Source: Acanthaster planci
Taxonomy: Eukaryota
DNA: 64,000 nucleotides
Assembly: GCF_001949145.1 (NCBI RefSeq)
Contig: NW_019091358.1
Span: 930,961-994,960, forward strand
Reading direction: 5' to 3'
The number at the start of each line of letters is the position of its first letter. Within the stretch, counting starts at the first letter, position 1. Below, piece by piece: positions 27,901 to 39,828 of the stretch. The translations under genes and the position numbers were made by a program. Under the pieces are notes generated by a model. The model was given only the letters and a program-made list of their open reading frames with translations, had not been told where the DNA came from and did not search any database.

Positions 27901-28429
27901 CCTGGTCAGGCTCTTTATTGATATGTTACTTATGAGTTATTTTGTACATATATACACATATTACACATATAAAAACCAACCTCAAAGCAGAAAATGACCA
28001 ATAAAACCCAAACACTTGTTGGCAGAGACAATAACGAGTTATCATCACTGTGTTTTGTATTGCGTAAGGATGTAGTGACCCCTGCTCAATGTATTTTGTA
28101 TTTGCCCCAAACTACGAAAGAGTCCATTGAAGGTGGTTGTGTATTGTGAAATTGGCTGTGACAGGTGTGCAGTGGCATGGCTGAGGTGATTTCTTGGGGT
28201 TGCCCATACCCTAGGTGATATCAAATGGAAGCCAAATAGCTTGGATCTATTTATTACAATTAGAAACTGATAGAAATGATGCAAATGCATCTATGGTTTC
28301 AAAAATTCCATGAAGCGCTACTTGTAGACACATTCGATAACCTTTGACCTTTGATCCTTGATTTGGGACACCTAAGATCATCTGATCGCTTGCCACTGTT
28401 CACTAATTGATTTTGGGTGTCAGAAATGT
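21926..28429 (+). mobile_element. Decayed AcademX-type DNA transposon (true termini not resolved)
   Basis: Imperfect inverted repeats at 21926-22013 and 28339-28429 (aattggtgaatagtggcgagcgatcagatgac versus reverse complement aattagtgaacagtggcaagcgatcagatgat) flank a 5-kb pseudogene. Confidence 0.7.
22836..27809 (+). pseudogene. Academ-type transposase + XPG/FEN1-like nuclease + C-terminal Cys-rich finger, multiply disrupted and intron-containing
   Basis: Ordered motifs: DDNFD...GFHGTQLAAYQ; RMGGLYTANAF; ILQGRDYKAGMRLH; MLDYFMR|YDHRRYAKW; KSAGGLSNI; DHEVADTRLLLH; RDTDIFIILL; HSLAGCDTTS...GKHTTWK; PPTSDA; EIISCNCRGECSTRCFC. GT-AG intron at 25487-25604. Family assignment is from my recollection of Academ architecture. 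Confidence 0.8.
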
Positions 28430-28456
28430 ATTATCCTGAAATTTCAGATTTTCAGT

Positions 28457-30460
28457 AGTAGAAAAACGTGTACGAAACCTATGGAGAAAAACTTCAGCTC
28501 TAATATCATGTCATGTGACCCGTGATGATTTCATTTTGACGATTTTGTTCTGGGATCCTCTTTATGTGGAGTAAGAGTGTGCACAAATATGAAATAAGTT
28601 AGACTGACCAGAGTCCAGAAGTCTGTCTGCTAAAACGTTTGTACAAAAACTATGGAAAAATATTAAATAGTCAAAATCAATAAAATATCCGGTGATGACG
28701 TCATCATGACATCATAAATTGTGTACAATTTTTGTATAAGGGTATTTGTTGCCTGTAACTTTGATGACGATTACCAAAATGGTGCCTTGAAAAAGTGTAC
28801 AAAGTCAATGGGCTGAAATAAAAGTACATCAGGAAAATTTTCATCTAGAACACTTCCTTTTCTTGTTATCTGCAAAGTTTCCACTCGATGGGATATGTAT
28901 ATAGGGCTTTAAAACAGTTCACACTTAATGTAATTTAATTTAATTTTTATCTTTAAGCAAAATCTCTTAAAAACCTTTCTTTTCAGCTCAATCTGCAAAT
29001 TTTCAACCCAATCAGAGAAATAAGGATTTAAGTTATGCACCTTTAATTTCACGTAACTAGTCACGTGATGACATCGTCATCACATTATTAAATAGATGCA
29101 ATCTTTAGTTAACCATCTTCTTTTGGTATGAGTTCCACGAAAATGCAATATTTAAGGGGCCAAAATTACCTTGAAATCTGTGTACAAAGTCAATGGGCAA
29201 AACCAAATATTCAAAAATCCATAATAAATCGCTTGATGACGTCATCAGGGTGTCGTCAATTTGTTATCATGTGTGTTCAAGGGTCTCCACTTCGTGTAAC
29301 TTTGGTGATGATTACAAATTGCCGAAGGACCAAGACACTGCCTTGAAATCTGTGTAAAAAGTCAATAGGAAAAGATAAATGTTTAAAATTCCATAATTAA
29401 TCACAGGTGACGTCATCATGACGTTATTATTTTTGTGCAATCTTTCCCTGTGTTTCTTTGCTTGGTATACCTTTGGAAAGAATACAAGATCATTAAATGA
29501 CAGAAATATTACTTTAAATCTATGTACAAAGTCAATGGGCAAAAATAATTACTTAAAAATCTATTTAAATTACCTGATGACATCATCATGACGTAATTGC
29601 TTTAGGACCATCTATACACAAGGATCTTTAATTTGTATAGGTTTTATGAAGATCCAAAGTTGCTTAGGCACTTAAGTCGTTGGTGGAAGAAACGTGCACA
29701 AATGAAATGGGCTTTTTGGAAAAGAAGAAGAAACTGAAATTTTTCTGTTGTCAACAGAACAGATGGTTTTTGCCTTTTAAAATTTCACCAATATTTCACC
29801 AATTTCACAGCATCAACCTTACGGGGGAACGATTTGCACATGTCCACTTAGGTTCAAGTTTGGAACCCAATCAGACATGCACTTCAAGAGACGTAGCGCC
29901 TGGGAGAGTGCCCCTTTAATGTCAAGTGACATGATTATCTGAGGTCTGTCACACATCCCCTTCTAGATATCTGCAAAGTTTCAACCTGCTGGTAGATATA
30001 CTTCAAGAGATACCAAGCTTTAAATGATGTACCTTTAATGTCACGTGACTTTTCAACTGACTACGTCATCATTTAATGAGGCCAATTTTCGTCTGTCACA
30101 CATCCCCTTACAGATGTCTGCAAAAATTCAACCCCCTGAGACATGTACTTCAAGAGATATAGAACTTTAAATGATGCACCTTTAATGTCACGTGACTTTT
30201 CAACTGATGAAGTCATCATCCCATGAAGTCAGTTTTCGATAGATGAATCTGTAACGTTTCAACCCGATGAGACATGTACTTCAGGAGATATAGCACTTCA
30301 CATTATGCAATATTAATGTCGCGTGAATTGTCAGCTGATGATCATGAGATCATCACGATCGAGGCCAATTTTCGTCTGTAACATTTCGCTTTTCTAATTA
30401 TCTGCGGAAGTTCATCCCAATGGAATATGTGCATTTGTAGTTCAGGAGATACGTGTTTAG
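28457..30460 (+). repeat. Composite repeat block: about 171-bp units then about 147-bp units
   Basis: tgtaca-type anchors at 29181, 29353, 29523 and 29695 (spacing 172, 170, 172). ctgcaaa anchors at 29971 and 30118 (spacing 147). Head-to-tail junction near 29730. Confidence 0.8.
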
Positions 30461-31555
30461 GGCTACTGACAACAGACTTCACAAACTTTTCATTAAACTA
30501 GACTTTCAGTTCAGTTTAATTTGTATGGGAGACCAAAACTCAACATCCCTTCAATATCTCTTTAGAATAAGATGACCTTGATTGGGATTATAGAGACAAA
30601 CACAACGTTAGCTTTGCTTCTGTAAAGAAAAATGGGGAACGGACAATGAATAGTTATTTCAAATGCCAATACTTAATTTAATTCACTGCGTACTTTTTTG
30701 CCTGATCCATGGCGAAAACATGGTTGAACGTAGGGAAATTATCAGTCTGGAAGTACAAAACGTGGAATACCATCAAATGAGTGTGCACTTCAGTTTTTTC
30801 GCCGTAACCATGTAAAACCCTCTTAAAACCAGAAGATATTGGGCTCTAATAGGGCCATCGGTATACACAAACTAAGAGACGTGATTTCAAAGACGGGAAG
30901 AAATATATTGCAAACATCACTTTCACACGATTCTTCCAAAAGTACATCTTATCTCCTATCGACAGTAACTGGACAAATGATTACATCTAACAACTGTACC
31001 TGTGAATGGACAGCACCATAAAATCAGAATAGATACTTAAGAAACATGGGAATACTTTTAAAATATCAGAAGTTGTGACCGTTACGAACTTTGCACAAGG
31101 CTCCGAAACTTGTGTTCACATTTTCTACAGAAATCTTGAACAAAACATGCCGGGACATTTGCACATACATCTTTCATACATCGTACATACATACATCATA
31201 CGTCATGGTATTTTGATGAAGTCCTTCTGTAGAACAGTCGTGGTATGAATTGCATTTCAATCGACAACACCTACATGTTGGAAGAATTCCTTCGTGTATG
31301 TGCTGGTAAACATTCTTCGGTGTCTTCTAAGAAAAGGAATATATTAATTCATTGTGTGTCAGTTACATGTATATGCAGGGGAAAAAGGTGTAGGAACTGT
31401 CAACACTTTTGATATCACTTGGCTACATGCCAGTAGGAACATGTTCATAGTCCTCCATGGTAACCTTGGGGGACTGGACACATGGATGTTGATCAATGAG
31501 TGCTTTGCATTAGTACATGATTGGGCGTCCCTCCTGTCTTTGCTTCGTGACCGCA

Positions 31556-32640
31556 TTAATCAGAACTGGCAATCTGTTTGTATGTCAACGCAACAGTAGG
31601 CCTTTTCACCATTACCTGTTAATTTCCTTGCTTCGTTGTACAGCAGCTTCCTTTATCATGGATATCTGTGCATCTGATCTACATGTAACTGCAGTGAAGT
31701 TGAATTCCTAACATCTGTGACTTTCACTTCAACAGCAGCATAAGGATTCCTATAAACAAGAAACAAATAAGAAAAATGAAACATCCAGCTTATACAAGTA
31801 AATAATAAAAAAATATGAATTAGTAATAATGTGGTTTGTTTTGGGGGGATTACAATGAAATATACACATTGAATGTTTTGAAAAAATGATTGAAAAATCT
31901 TCATTCATATTTTAGGACATACATTTTTCTGAAGTGTATCATATAAAAACCGCCAACTCCTTTCTGTTCTGAAGATTTGCAGAGACTTCAAATGACATGG
32001 GGATCAACTAAAATCTTTGGGATCGTTTAAAGGCTGATAACTTTGCACTATTTTTCCGAAACCAGTTTGAACGATTTCTGCAGTTGTTTTTCGATAAATT
32101 TTAGCGGTTACATGTATACATGCAAGTAAACCTCACTTCCTGTCAGTTGCGGTCTTGCTACAAGTAGTTTGATGAAGCTGTTTTCATCCTCACGATCAGT
32201 CCTGCTTCGGCTGCTCTTATCCATCAATAATACCGAGACTATTGTAAGAAGACTGTCCTCAAGTCTGTGCCGATGAACATTTCTATCATCGTAAAAGAAA
32301 AACATACAAGTGTGTTTTTGCCTGCAACTGGGGACCCCCTATTGTTCCTCTTTGTTTGTACTTAAACTTTTTTAGAAGACCACCCATATGTTTGTACACA
32401 GTTGTCAATCGGGGACGCTCTGTCAATCGGGGACCTTCTTGTCCTCTATTGTTCAGGGTCCCCAACTGAATGCAGAAACAAACTCATATACATTGTACAC
32501 ACGGATTAATCAGAACAGGCAATCTGTCTGTGTGTCAATGCAACAGTAGGCCTTTTCACCTGTTACTTTCCTTGTTTTGTTGTATAGCAACTTCATTTGT
32601 CGTTGCTACCCGGGCCTCTGATATCTACATGTAACTGCGG
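31556..32640. repeat. About 140-bp direct duplication (31556-31693 and 32506-32640)
   Basis: Both copies begin attaatcagaac(t/a)ggcaatctgt and end ctacatgtaactgc. Confidence 0.75.
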
Positions 32641-33939
32641 TTACTTTGAAAGCCAATGCTCAGAACTAACATGGAAAACAGATTCATCTCTAGCTTTCAC
32701 TCCAGTACAAACGATACCTACAGTATACACACAAAGCAAAAGAATGAAATTCAAATACTCCGTGTAATATCAGCTTACGGTACATCGACATGTGTCAATA
32801 ACCATAGCTCTACATTCAAATTTCATACCTTTTTGGATATTTACACATGTACCGTGAACCCGACTTGGTTTGTCCTCGGGGGGCATGGTTGTGAAATACG
32901 GTATTCACGGTGACGCGTTAGGTACTTTATTCGATGCCAATGCTGAGCACAATCGTAAAACTTAACTGTAAATATACAGTGCGCACATGTGCGTTCTGTG
33001 CTCCCTCCTGATTTTATTGAATTAAATCCTTAATTCATACTTAAACCATTGAATAATGTACACAGGACGGAGTTAATGAATATGTGCAAGTTGATCCTGG
33101 ATTTGCTGAACACGTAGGACTTACATAATCACTGTTTATCGCTTTTTTCATCATTTGAACATAAGGTGACCATATCGAAATGTAAAAAAGGCCATTTGTA
33201 CTGTAGAGTTCAAGTTTCTCGGGATATGTTGGTGCAAATTCAGAGCTAATTTGAGTGAGCTCTCTTCCACTGACATCACTGTCCAGACTTAGCACAAAAA
33301 GTGGAGACAAAAAACATGCAATTGAGAATGTTTTGTAATATACTTTTGCCTACCAGAACCAGTTCCATGACTTCATCCATCAAGCTTCCAAACCCAGCTG
33401 CCCGCCGCACTTACGTGTATTGTATGCTTGTTGGGCTCGGTGCAACCTGGCCTTGCTCAAGATCATTGTGATCATGCCTATTCGGTGTCAACTCCTTGTG
33501 CAGTTTCTTGAGCCGACGCATGAATTTGGTTTCAGTTCAGCTTTTATGGGATTACCTTGGAATCTTCTGAGCAAGCAAAATCCATTAAGAACTCAGTTGG
33601 TGTAATTTCAGGTCCGGGAAGTCCCGAGAGGTCCTGAGAAAACACATGGGCCCGTCGAAAATGTCGTCCCGATCGAATGCATGTGCTGACGCGAGACGCA
33701 CAAATGGTCAATACATGCATGAACAATTCGTGTTGAGCATAAAAATTGGTTAATGCTTGATGACATGAAATCTCAGAGTTCATGCCCCTTGATATTTTGC
33801 ACAATTTTTTCACAATCTACTTGCCAAATTATCTAGAAATTATGCCAGAAGACTGTGCAACGACGCTAATGTCGACTGATGTCGCACATGTCGACTGATC
33901 GCACAATGGACATGTGTAATAAGCCCTATATAAAATCTT

Positions 33940-36900
33940 TATGTAAAGTCACAATTGGGTATTAGGTTTCACAATGTGTACAAAGTCAAAGAGAGAAATG
34001 AAATCTTCAAAATTATATAATAAATCTAATTATGATGCCAAAGTGACGTCATGCTTCTACATTAATCTATGCTGATGGTCTTTGCTTGTACCAAGTTTAA
34101 TTTTCTGAAGCGGTCAAAGTATTCGCCATTCTGAATGTTGGAAACGTGTACAAAACCTATGGGGAAAAATAAATACTCAAAACTCAATAAAAAAATCAGG
34201 TGATGACGTCATCGTGACGCCATGCTTCCCGGCACATCTTTGAGGCAACTTTGATGATGATTGACTCTTGCAAAAGTTCTAAAGTGCTGCACACAAACAC
34301 TGTGTACAAAAGAATGGGAACAAGAAGTAGAAGAAGAAAAAACGAGAGCTTATCTGTCTGTTAGACAACAGAACAGAGGGCTTTCTCGCATTCTACTGTA
34401 CATTTGAACAATTCAGGCATCAGCACACTCAGTCATTTTTCGTATATAACACCTCTCTTTCAAGTTATTTGTAAAGTTTCAACCAGATAGAACATGTAGT
34501 TCTGGAGATATAGGGCCTTAAAGAGTGCATCTTTAATGTCACGTCACTTGTCTCTCGATGACGTCATCATCACATGAGGTCAATACTCCTCTAAAGCGCT
34601 CCCTGTTCAAGATACCTGCGAGATTTGAACCCAATCGGATATCTACGTCAGAAGATATAGGGCCTTAAAGACTGCACAATTAATGTCACCTGACTTGCCT
34701 CCTGATGACGACATCATCACATGACGTCAACATTCGTCTGCAGCACTTGCCTTTCTAGTTATCTGCAAAATTACAACCAGATAGGACTTGCCCTTCAGGA
34801 GATATAAGGCTTTGAAGTTTACACATTTAATGCCACGTCACGTTGCTCGTGATGACATCATTATGACGATTTTCTTCTTGGACCTTCTCTAGCTTTTGGT
34901 TTAAAGCAAGAACATAAAATGTATCACCAGTCAGATTTATATGAGTGTCAAAGTCTGGCCGTTGAAAAAAACGTGTACAAAACCTAGGGGAAAAATTACA
35001 TATTCAGAAATAAATATAAAATTAGGCGATAGCGTCATCGTGACGTCATAAATTAGGTATTTATTTTGCATCATGGTTTTTGCCGGCTTTAACATTGATG
35101 ACGAATGAAGATCGCCAAGTAACCAAAATTGTGTCTTGTAAACATGTACAAAGTTAATGGGCTTCACTTAATCACTTGATGACGTCATCAGGACGTCATT
35201 CTTCTAAACTGCATTGCACTGTGCAATGTCTTTGTTACAGGCAGATGTAACCTGTTCACCCACGTAGAAGCTAATACACAGTGTACATGCAAGAATGGAT
35301 TCTCGAGTGCGCAATTATCTTAAGGTGTGCTTTTGTTGTCGGCGTTTGGTCTGTGTAATACAAGTTGATCAGTTACGCACTTGATAAAACGCACTTTGAT
35401 GCTTAAGCTACCATATTGTAGACGATTCGTGTCTTTTCCTGTCAGGGTTTATTTTGGGGGGGAATTTTTAAGAATTAAAAGACTTTTATTATAACTTCTG
35501 ATCTGATGACGTCATTGGCCTAAAATTTCACGCGTGTTAACTGGGAAAAGAACATCCAGATCAATTTTCAAATGATTCAGACAAACTTCACCCCCGCCAT
35601 CCATTCAAAATTTATTTTTCAGAATTCTTAACCTGTCGCTAGAGGGTGCTCGTCACCGAGAGTTGGCAAATTTTCAAGCACTTGTGCTGAGAGCAGATCG
35701 CATTGTATGGAACACCCAAAGAAATAAAATGTGTTTAATCTTTAACTGTGCTCTTTCCACGAAACAAGTAATGTTTTGCATTGTATTTGGTATTGTACAT
35801 GTCTGATTGGGTTGAAACCTGGCAGATATCTTGAAAGGGAAGTGATTAAGACGAATATTGACCTCATGTGATGATGGCGTAACCAGGTGAGAAGTCACGT
35901 GACATTAAAGGGGCATCCTTTAAATTACTATATCTCCTGAATCACATTTCGAATTGATTGAAACCTTGCAGATATCTTGGAAAGGGAGTGCTTCAGTCAG
36001 ATATTGACCTCATGTGATGATGACGTCATTCGGTGACAAATCACGTGAAATTAAAGGTGCATCTTTTAAATTACTATATCTCCTGAAGTGCATGTTCGAT
36101 TTGGTTGAGACTTGCCAGGTATTTAGAAAGGGAAGTGTTATAGACAAAATTGACCTGATGATGGTGACGTCATTACATAATCATGTCACTTGACATTAAA
36201 GGGGTACCCTCCAAAGCGCTATGTCTCTTGAAGTGCATGTCTGATTGGGTTCCAGACTTAAACCTATATGGACATGAGCAAATCATTCCACCATCAGGTC
36301 TATGCTGTAGATTAATTGATGAAATTTCAAAAGGCGAAAAAGCCATCTATTCTGTTGGCAACAGACAGATAAGCTCTAGTCATTATAACTTCTGATCAGA
36401 TTTCGTCATGGGCGCCAAATTCCACACGTGTCAACTGGGTAAAGATCATCATCCACATCAATTTCAAGGCGGCTCGGACAAACTTTGCCGTAGACATCAT
36501 TCAAAATTCATACCCCCAAGTGACTAACACTGTTAAAAACAAGTCAGCATCTATTGCCAATTTTAAGCAATAAGCCTATATCTGGTTTCGACCGGAAGGA
36601 AGGATCACGGGATTTGACCAACATGACGTGAATTGAAGACCAAATTTTACTCTGCCACTTGACACAAACACAATGTTGCGGGAGGCCACGGTTGATTTTT
36701 ATAGGGATTTTGAAAAATTTAATATGATATTTTAAAATTTAATAACAAATCACTTGATGACGTCATCATGACGTTATTATTTTAATACTTTGTTTGCCTC
36801 AAGGTCTGTGCTTGATGTAGCTTTTGTGATGATCAAAGTTACCTAAATGGTGTCTCATAAACGTGTACAAAGTCAATGGGCTGAAATAAGTATTTTAAAA

Positions 36901-39450
36901 ATCAGTAAAAAATCACTTGATGACGTCATCATGACGTCATTGTTCCAGAACCCTCTATACACCGGGGTCCTTCATTGATGAAAGTTTGATGAAGATCCAA
37001 AGTTGCTAAGGGATTAAAGTCGATGGTGGCAGAAACGTGTACAAAACAAAGAGGATTTAGGCAGAAGAAGTCGGAAGAGAAAAAAACTAGGGGTTTGTCT
37101 GGACAGAGCAAAGGGCTTTTTCGCAGTTTTCTTTAGAAAAAGGCATTCCTACATCGCGGAAAGAGCACAGACTAGAGATTTTATATAGTTATCTCCTTTG
37201 GCGTTCCATACAATGCGATCCGCTCTCAGCGCCACGTGCTTGGAAATATGCCAACTCTTGAGTATAATGCCCTATGCACATTGCAATGCCCGTGTCACAG
37301 GCAGATAATGTGTGTCCATACACACAGTAGCCAATGCATGGTATGCGAATGGGAATTTGAAGTACGCAGATATTTAAAGGGGTTTTGTTGTCGATGCGTC
37401 CTCTGTGTAAAGAATTACACAGCTCATGCACTTCATGCAGTTGACTCCCATGTTTTATCTATCATCTAATGGACAACTCACGCTTTTATCTCCTGAGTTT
37501 GATTTTTTACGAATTTTTAAAAATAAAAGTACATGTATTTTTTATTATAACTTCTGATCTGATGACGTCATCAGCCCAAAATTTCACATGTGTTAACTGG
37601 GTCAAGATCATCATCAATATCAATTTTCAGCCGATTCCGAAAAACTTCGCCAGAGACATCTATTCAAAAGTCATTTTGCGTAAATTTTAACCTGTTGTCA
37701 GAGGGCGCTCGACAATTACATGATGTCATCAGTAGATGATTTGGAGAATAATATACCCAAACAGACTAACAACGTTGAAAACAAGTTGACATCTAATACC
37801 CCTTTTAAACAATAAGCCCACTTCCGATTTCAACTGGAAGGAAGGGTCACGTGATTTGACCCACACAAGATGAATTGAAGAACAATTTTTCACTCTGCTG
37901 CCACTTGCTGCAAACGGGAGGCCACGGTTGATTTATATGGATTTTTACAACTTTAACATAAAATTTAAATGTTTAAAATGGGACAATAAATCACTCTATG
38001 ATATCATTATGACGTAATTATTTAGGTGCTTTCTTTATTTTAAGGTCTGTCCTTGGTGTAATTTTGATGACAATCGAACATCGGTAGATTACCATAATGG
38101 TGCCTCGAAAACGTGTACAAAAACAATGGGCTAAAATAAATATTTGAAATTAAATAATAAGTCTATTCATGGTGTCATCGTGACGTCATTCTTCTAGGAT
38201 ATCTATGCATAAGGGTTGTTCATTGATGTAAGTTTGATGACGTCATCATGACGCAATTATTTTAGTATCGTCTTTGCCTCGAGGTCTTTCCTGGGTGTAA
38301 CTTTGATGACGATCGAAGACAGCTGAGTAACCAAAATGATGCCTCAAAAACGTGTTCAAAGTCAACTTGCTGAAATGGATATTGAAAAGTCAGTAATAAA
38401 TCAGCTGATGACGTCATCGTGACGTCATTGTTCTAGAACCATTTATGCATAAGGGTTGTTCATTGACGTAACTTTGATGAAGATCCATAGTTGCTTATGC
38501 ACCAAAGTCGATGGTAGAAAAACGTGCACAAATGGAATGGGCTTTTTGGAGAAGAACAAGAAGAGGGAGAAGAAACAACGAGAAGTTCGAGAACAGAGCA
38601 TAAGGCTCCGCATTTTGAATGTTTCTTATGAAAGGGAATAGGGCTTTAAGGAATGACCATTAAATGTCACATTATTTTTGGTCCAGCTACCTGAAAAGTT
38701 CAAACGCACATGGACTCCGGGAGATGTGAACCTTTAAACATTGCACCTCAAATGTCACTTTGCTTGCCACTTGAAGAAGTCATCATCACATGAGGACAAT
38801 TTTCGTCTTTAACCTTTCTTCCCATGTAACAAGCAAGTAGATGAATACAACAGGCAAACACTCTTTGAAAAATGCACTGATTGTGTGTCTATTTCTGCCA
38901 AGGATTTTCAAAAAGATGGAAGTAAAGGTAATGGGAAACGAAGTGTGAATGTGGTGAAGAAATCAACGTACACAAATTTGGCAGAGTGTCTGTGGTTAGG
39001 TATCAGTGCAAATTTAAAAAATAATACAAAATGACACCATTTCAGATTTTGTGTACTGGTACTGTTATCTACCTACCTACCTACCTACCTACCAATTTCC
39101 ATGACAATTGGATCTTCCTTTATGTGTGTTTCAAAAACCCTTTTTTAAGACGTCATCATGACGTCACACATTTTTCCAAATTTTGAACATTTATGTATTG
39201 CGCAACGAACCTAATGCAAAACATTAATTTATCATATTGCGTTAGTGAGATATTGCAAAAGTTGGAAAATATATTCAAAAGTTTAAAATTATATATAAAA
39301 TCGCAAGATGATATCACGATGACGTCATCTTAAATTTCATCTAGAACACATCCCGGTCTAATAATATACCAAGTTTCAACCCAATCGATCATACCGTTCT
39401 GTAAATATAGGGCTCTGAAATAATGGACTTTGTGATAACGTCATATGAGC
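33940..39450. repeat. Nested cluster of the same composite repeat families, one copy inverted (about 35690-36380)
   Basis: 147-bp spacing at 34469, 34616 and 34763; on the minus strand at 35822, 35968 and 36115. Junctions near 34340, 37085 and 38575. Related segments begin near 35488, 36383 and 37545. Confidence 0.8.
39069..39093. repeat. (CTAC)n microsatellite
   Basis: ctacctacctacctacctacctacc. Confidence 0.9.
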
Positions 39451-39464
39451 GATGATGATCCACC

Positions 39465-39828
39465 AGAGGGCTCAAGGCGCTAGTACAAAGATACTAATTA
39501 AACGTCTCATTGAAGAGATGAGTCTTCAGATCCTTCTTAAACGTCGGGAGAGAAGGGGAAGATCGTAACCATGCCGGCAAATTGTTCCAAAGACGAAGTG
39601 CAGCACATGAGAAAGTGCCATTCCCCCATGAATGAAATGACCTGGGTTCTTTAAGAAAATTCATATTATTGATCGAAGTCTACGTGTGGGATTGTATGGT
39701 TGTAATTAGGCATCAATATATGCCGGAGCAAGACTGTGGAGTGACTTATAGACAAATAAGAGCATCTTGTAAATGATTCTGAACTTAACAGGCAACCAGT
39801 GCAGTTCTTGTAGAATTACCAAGATATG
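39465..39828 (-). mobile_element. 3' fragment of an L2/CR1-group LINE
   Basis: Minus strand reads LQELHWLPVKFRIIYKMLLFVYKSLHSLAPAYI...FSCAALRLWNNLP...FKKDLKTHLF, followed by an agcgccttgag tail motif typical of L2-group 3' ends. Confidence 0.88.

Noticed and set aside
28457..39450. CRISPR-like repeat-spacer array
   Set aside because: The sequence between the palindromic motifs is itself homologous between units, there are no cas genes, and the context is a eukaryotic intron.
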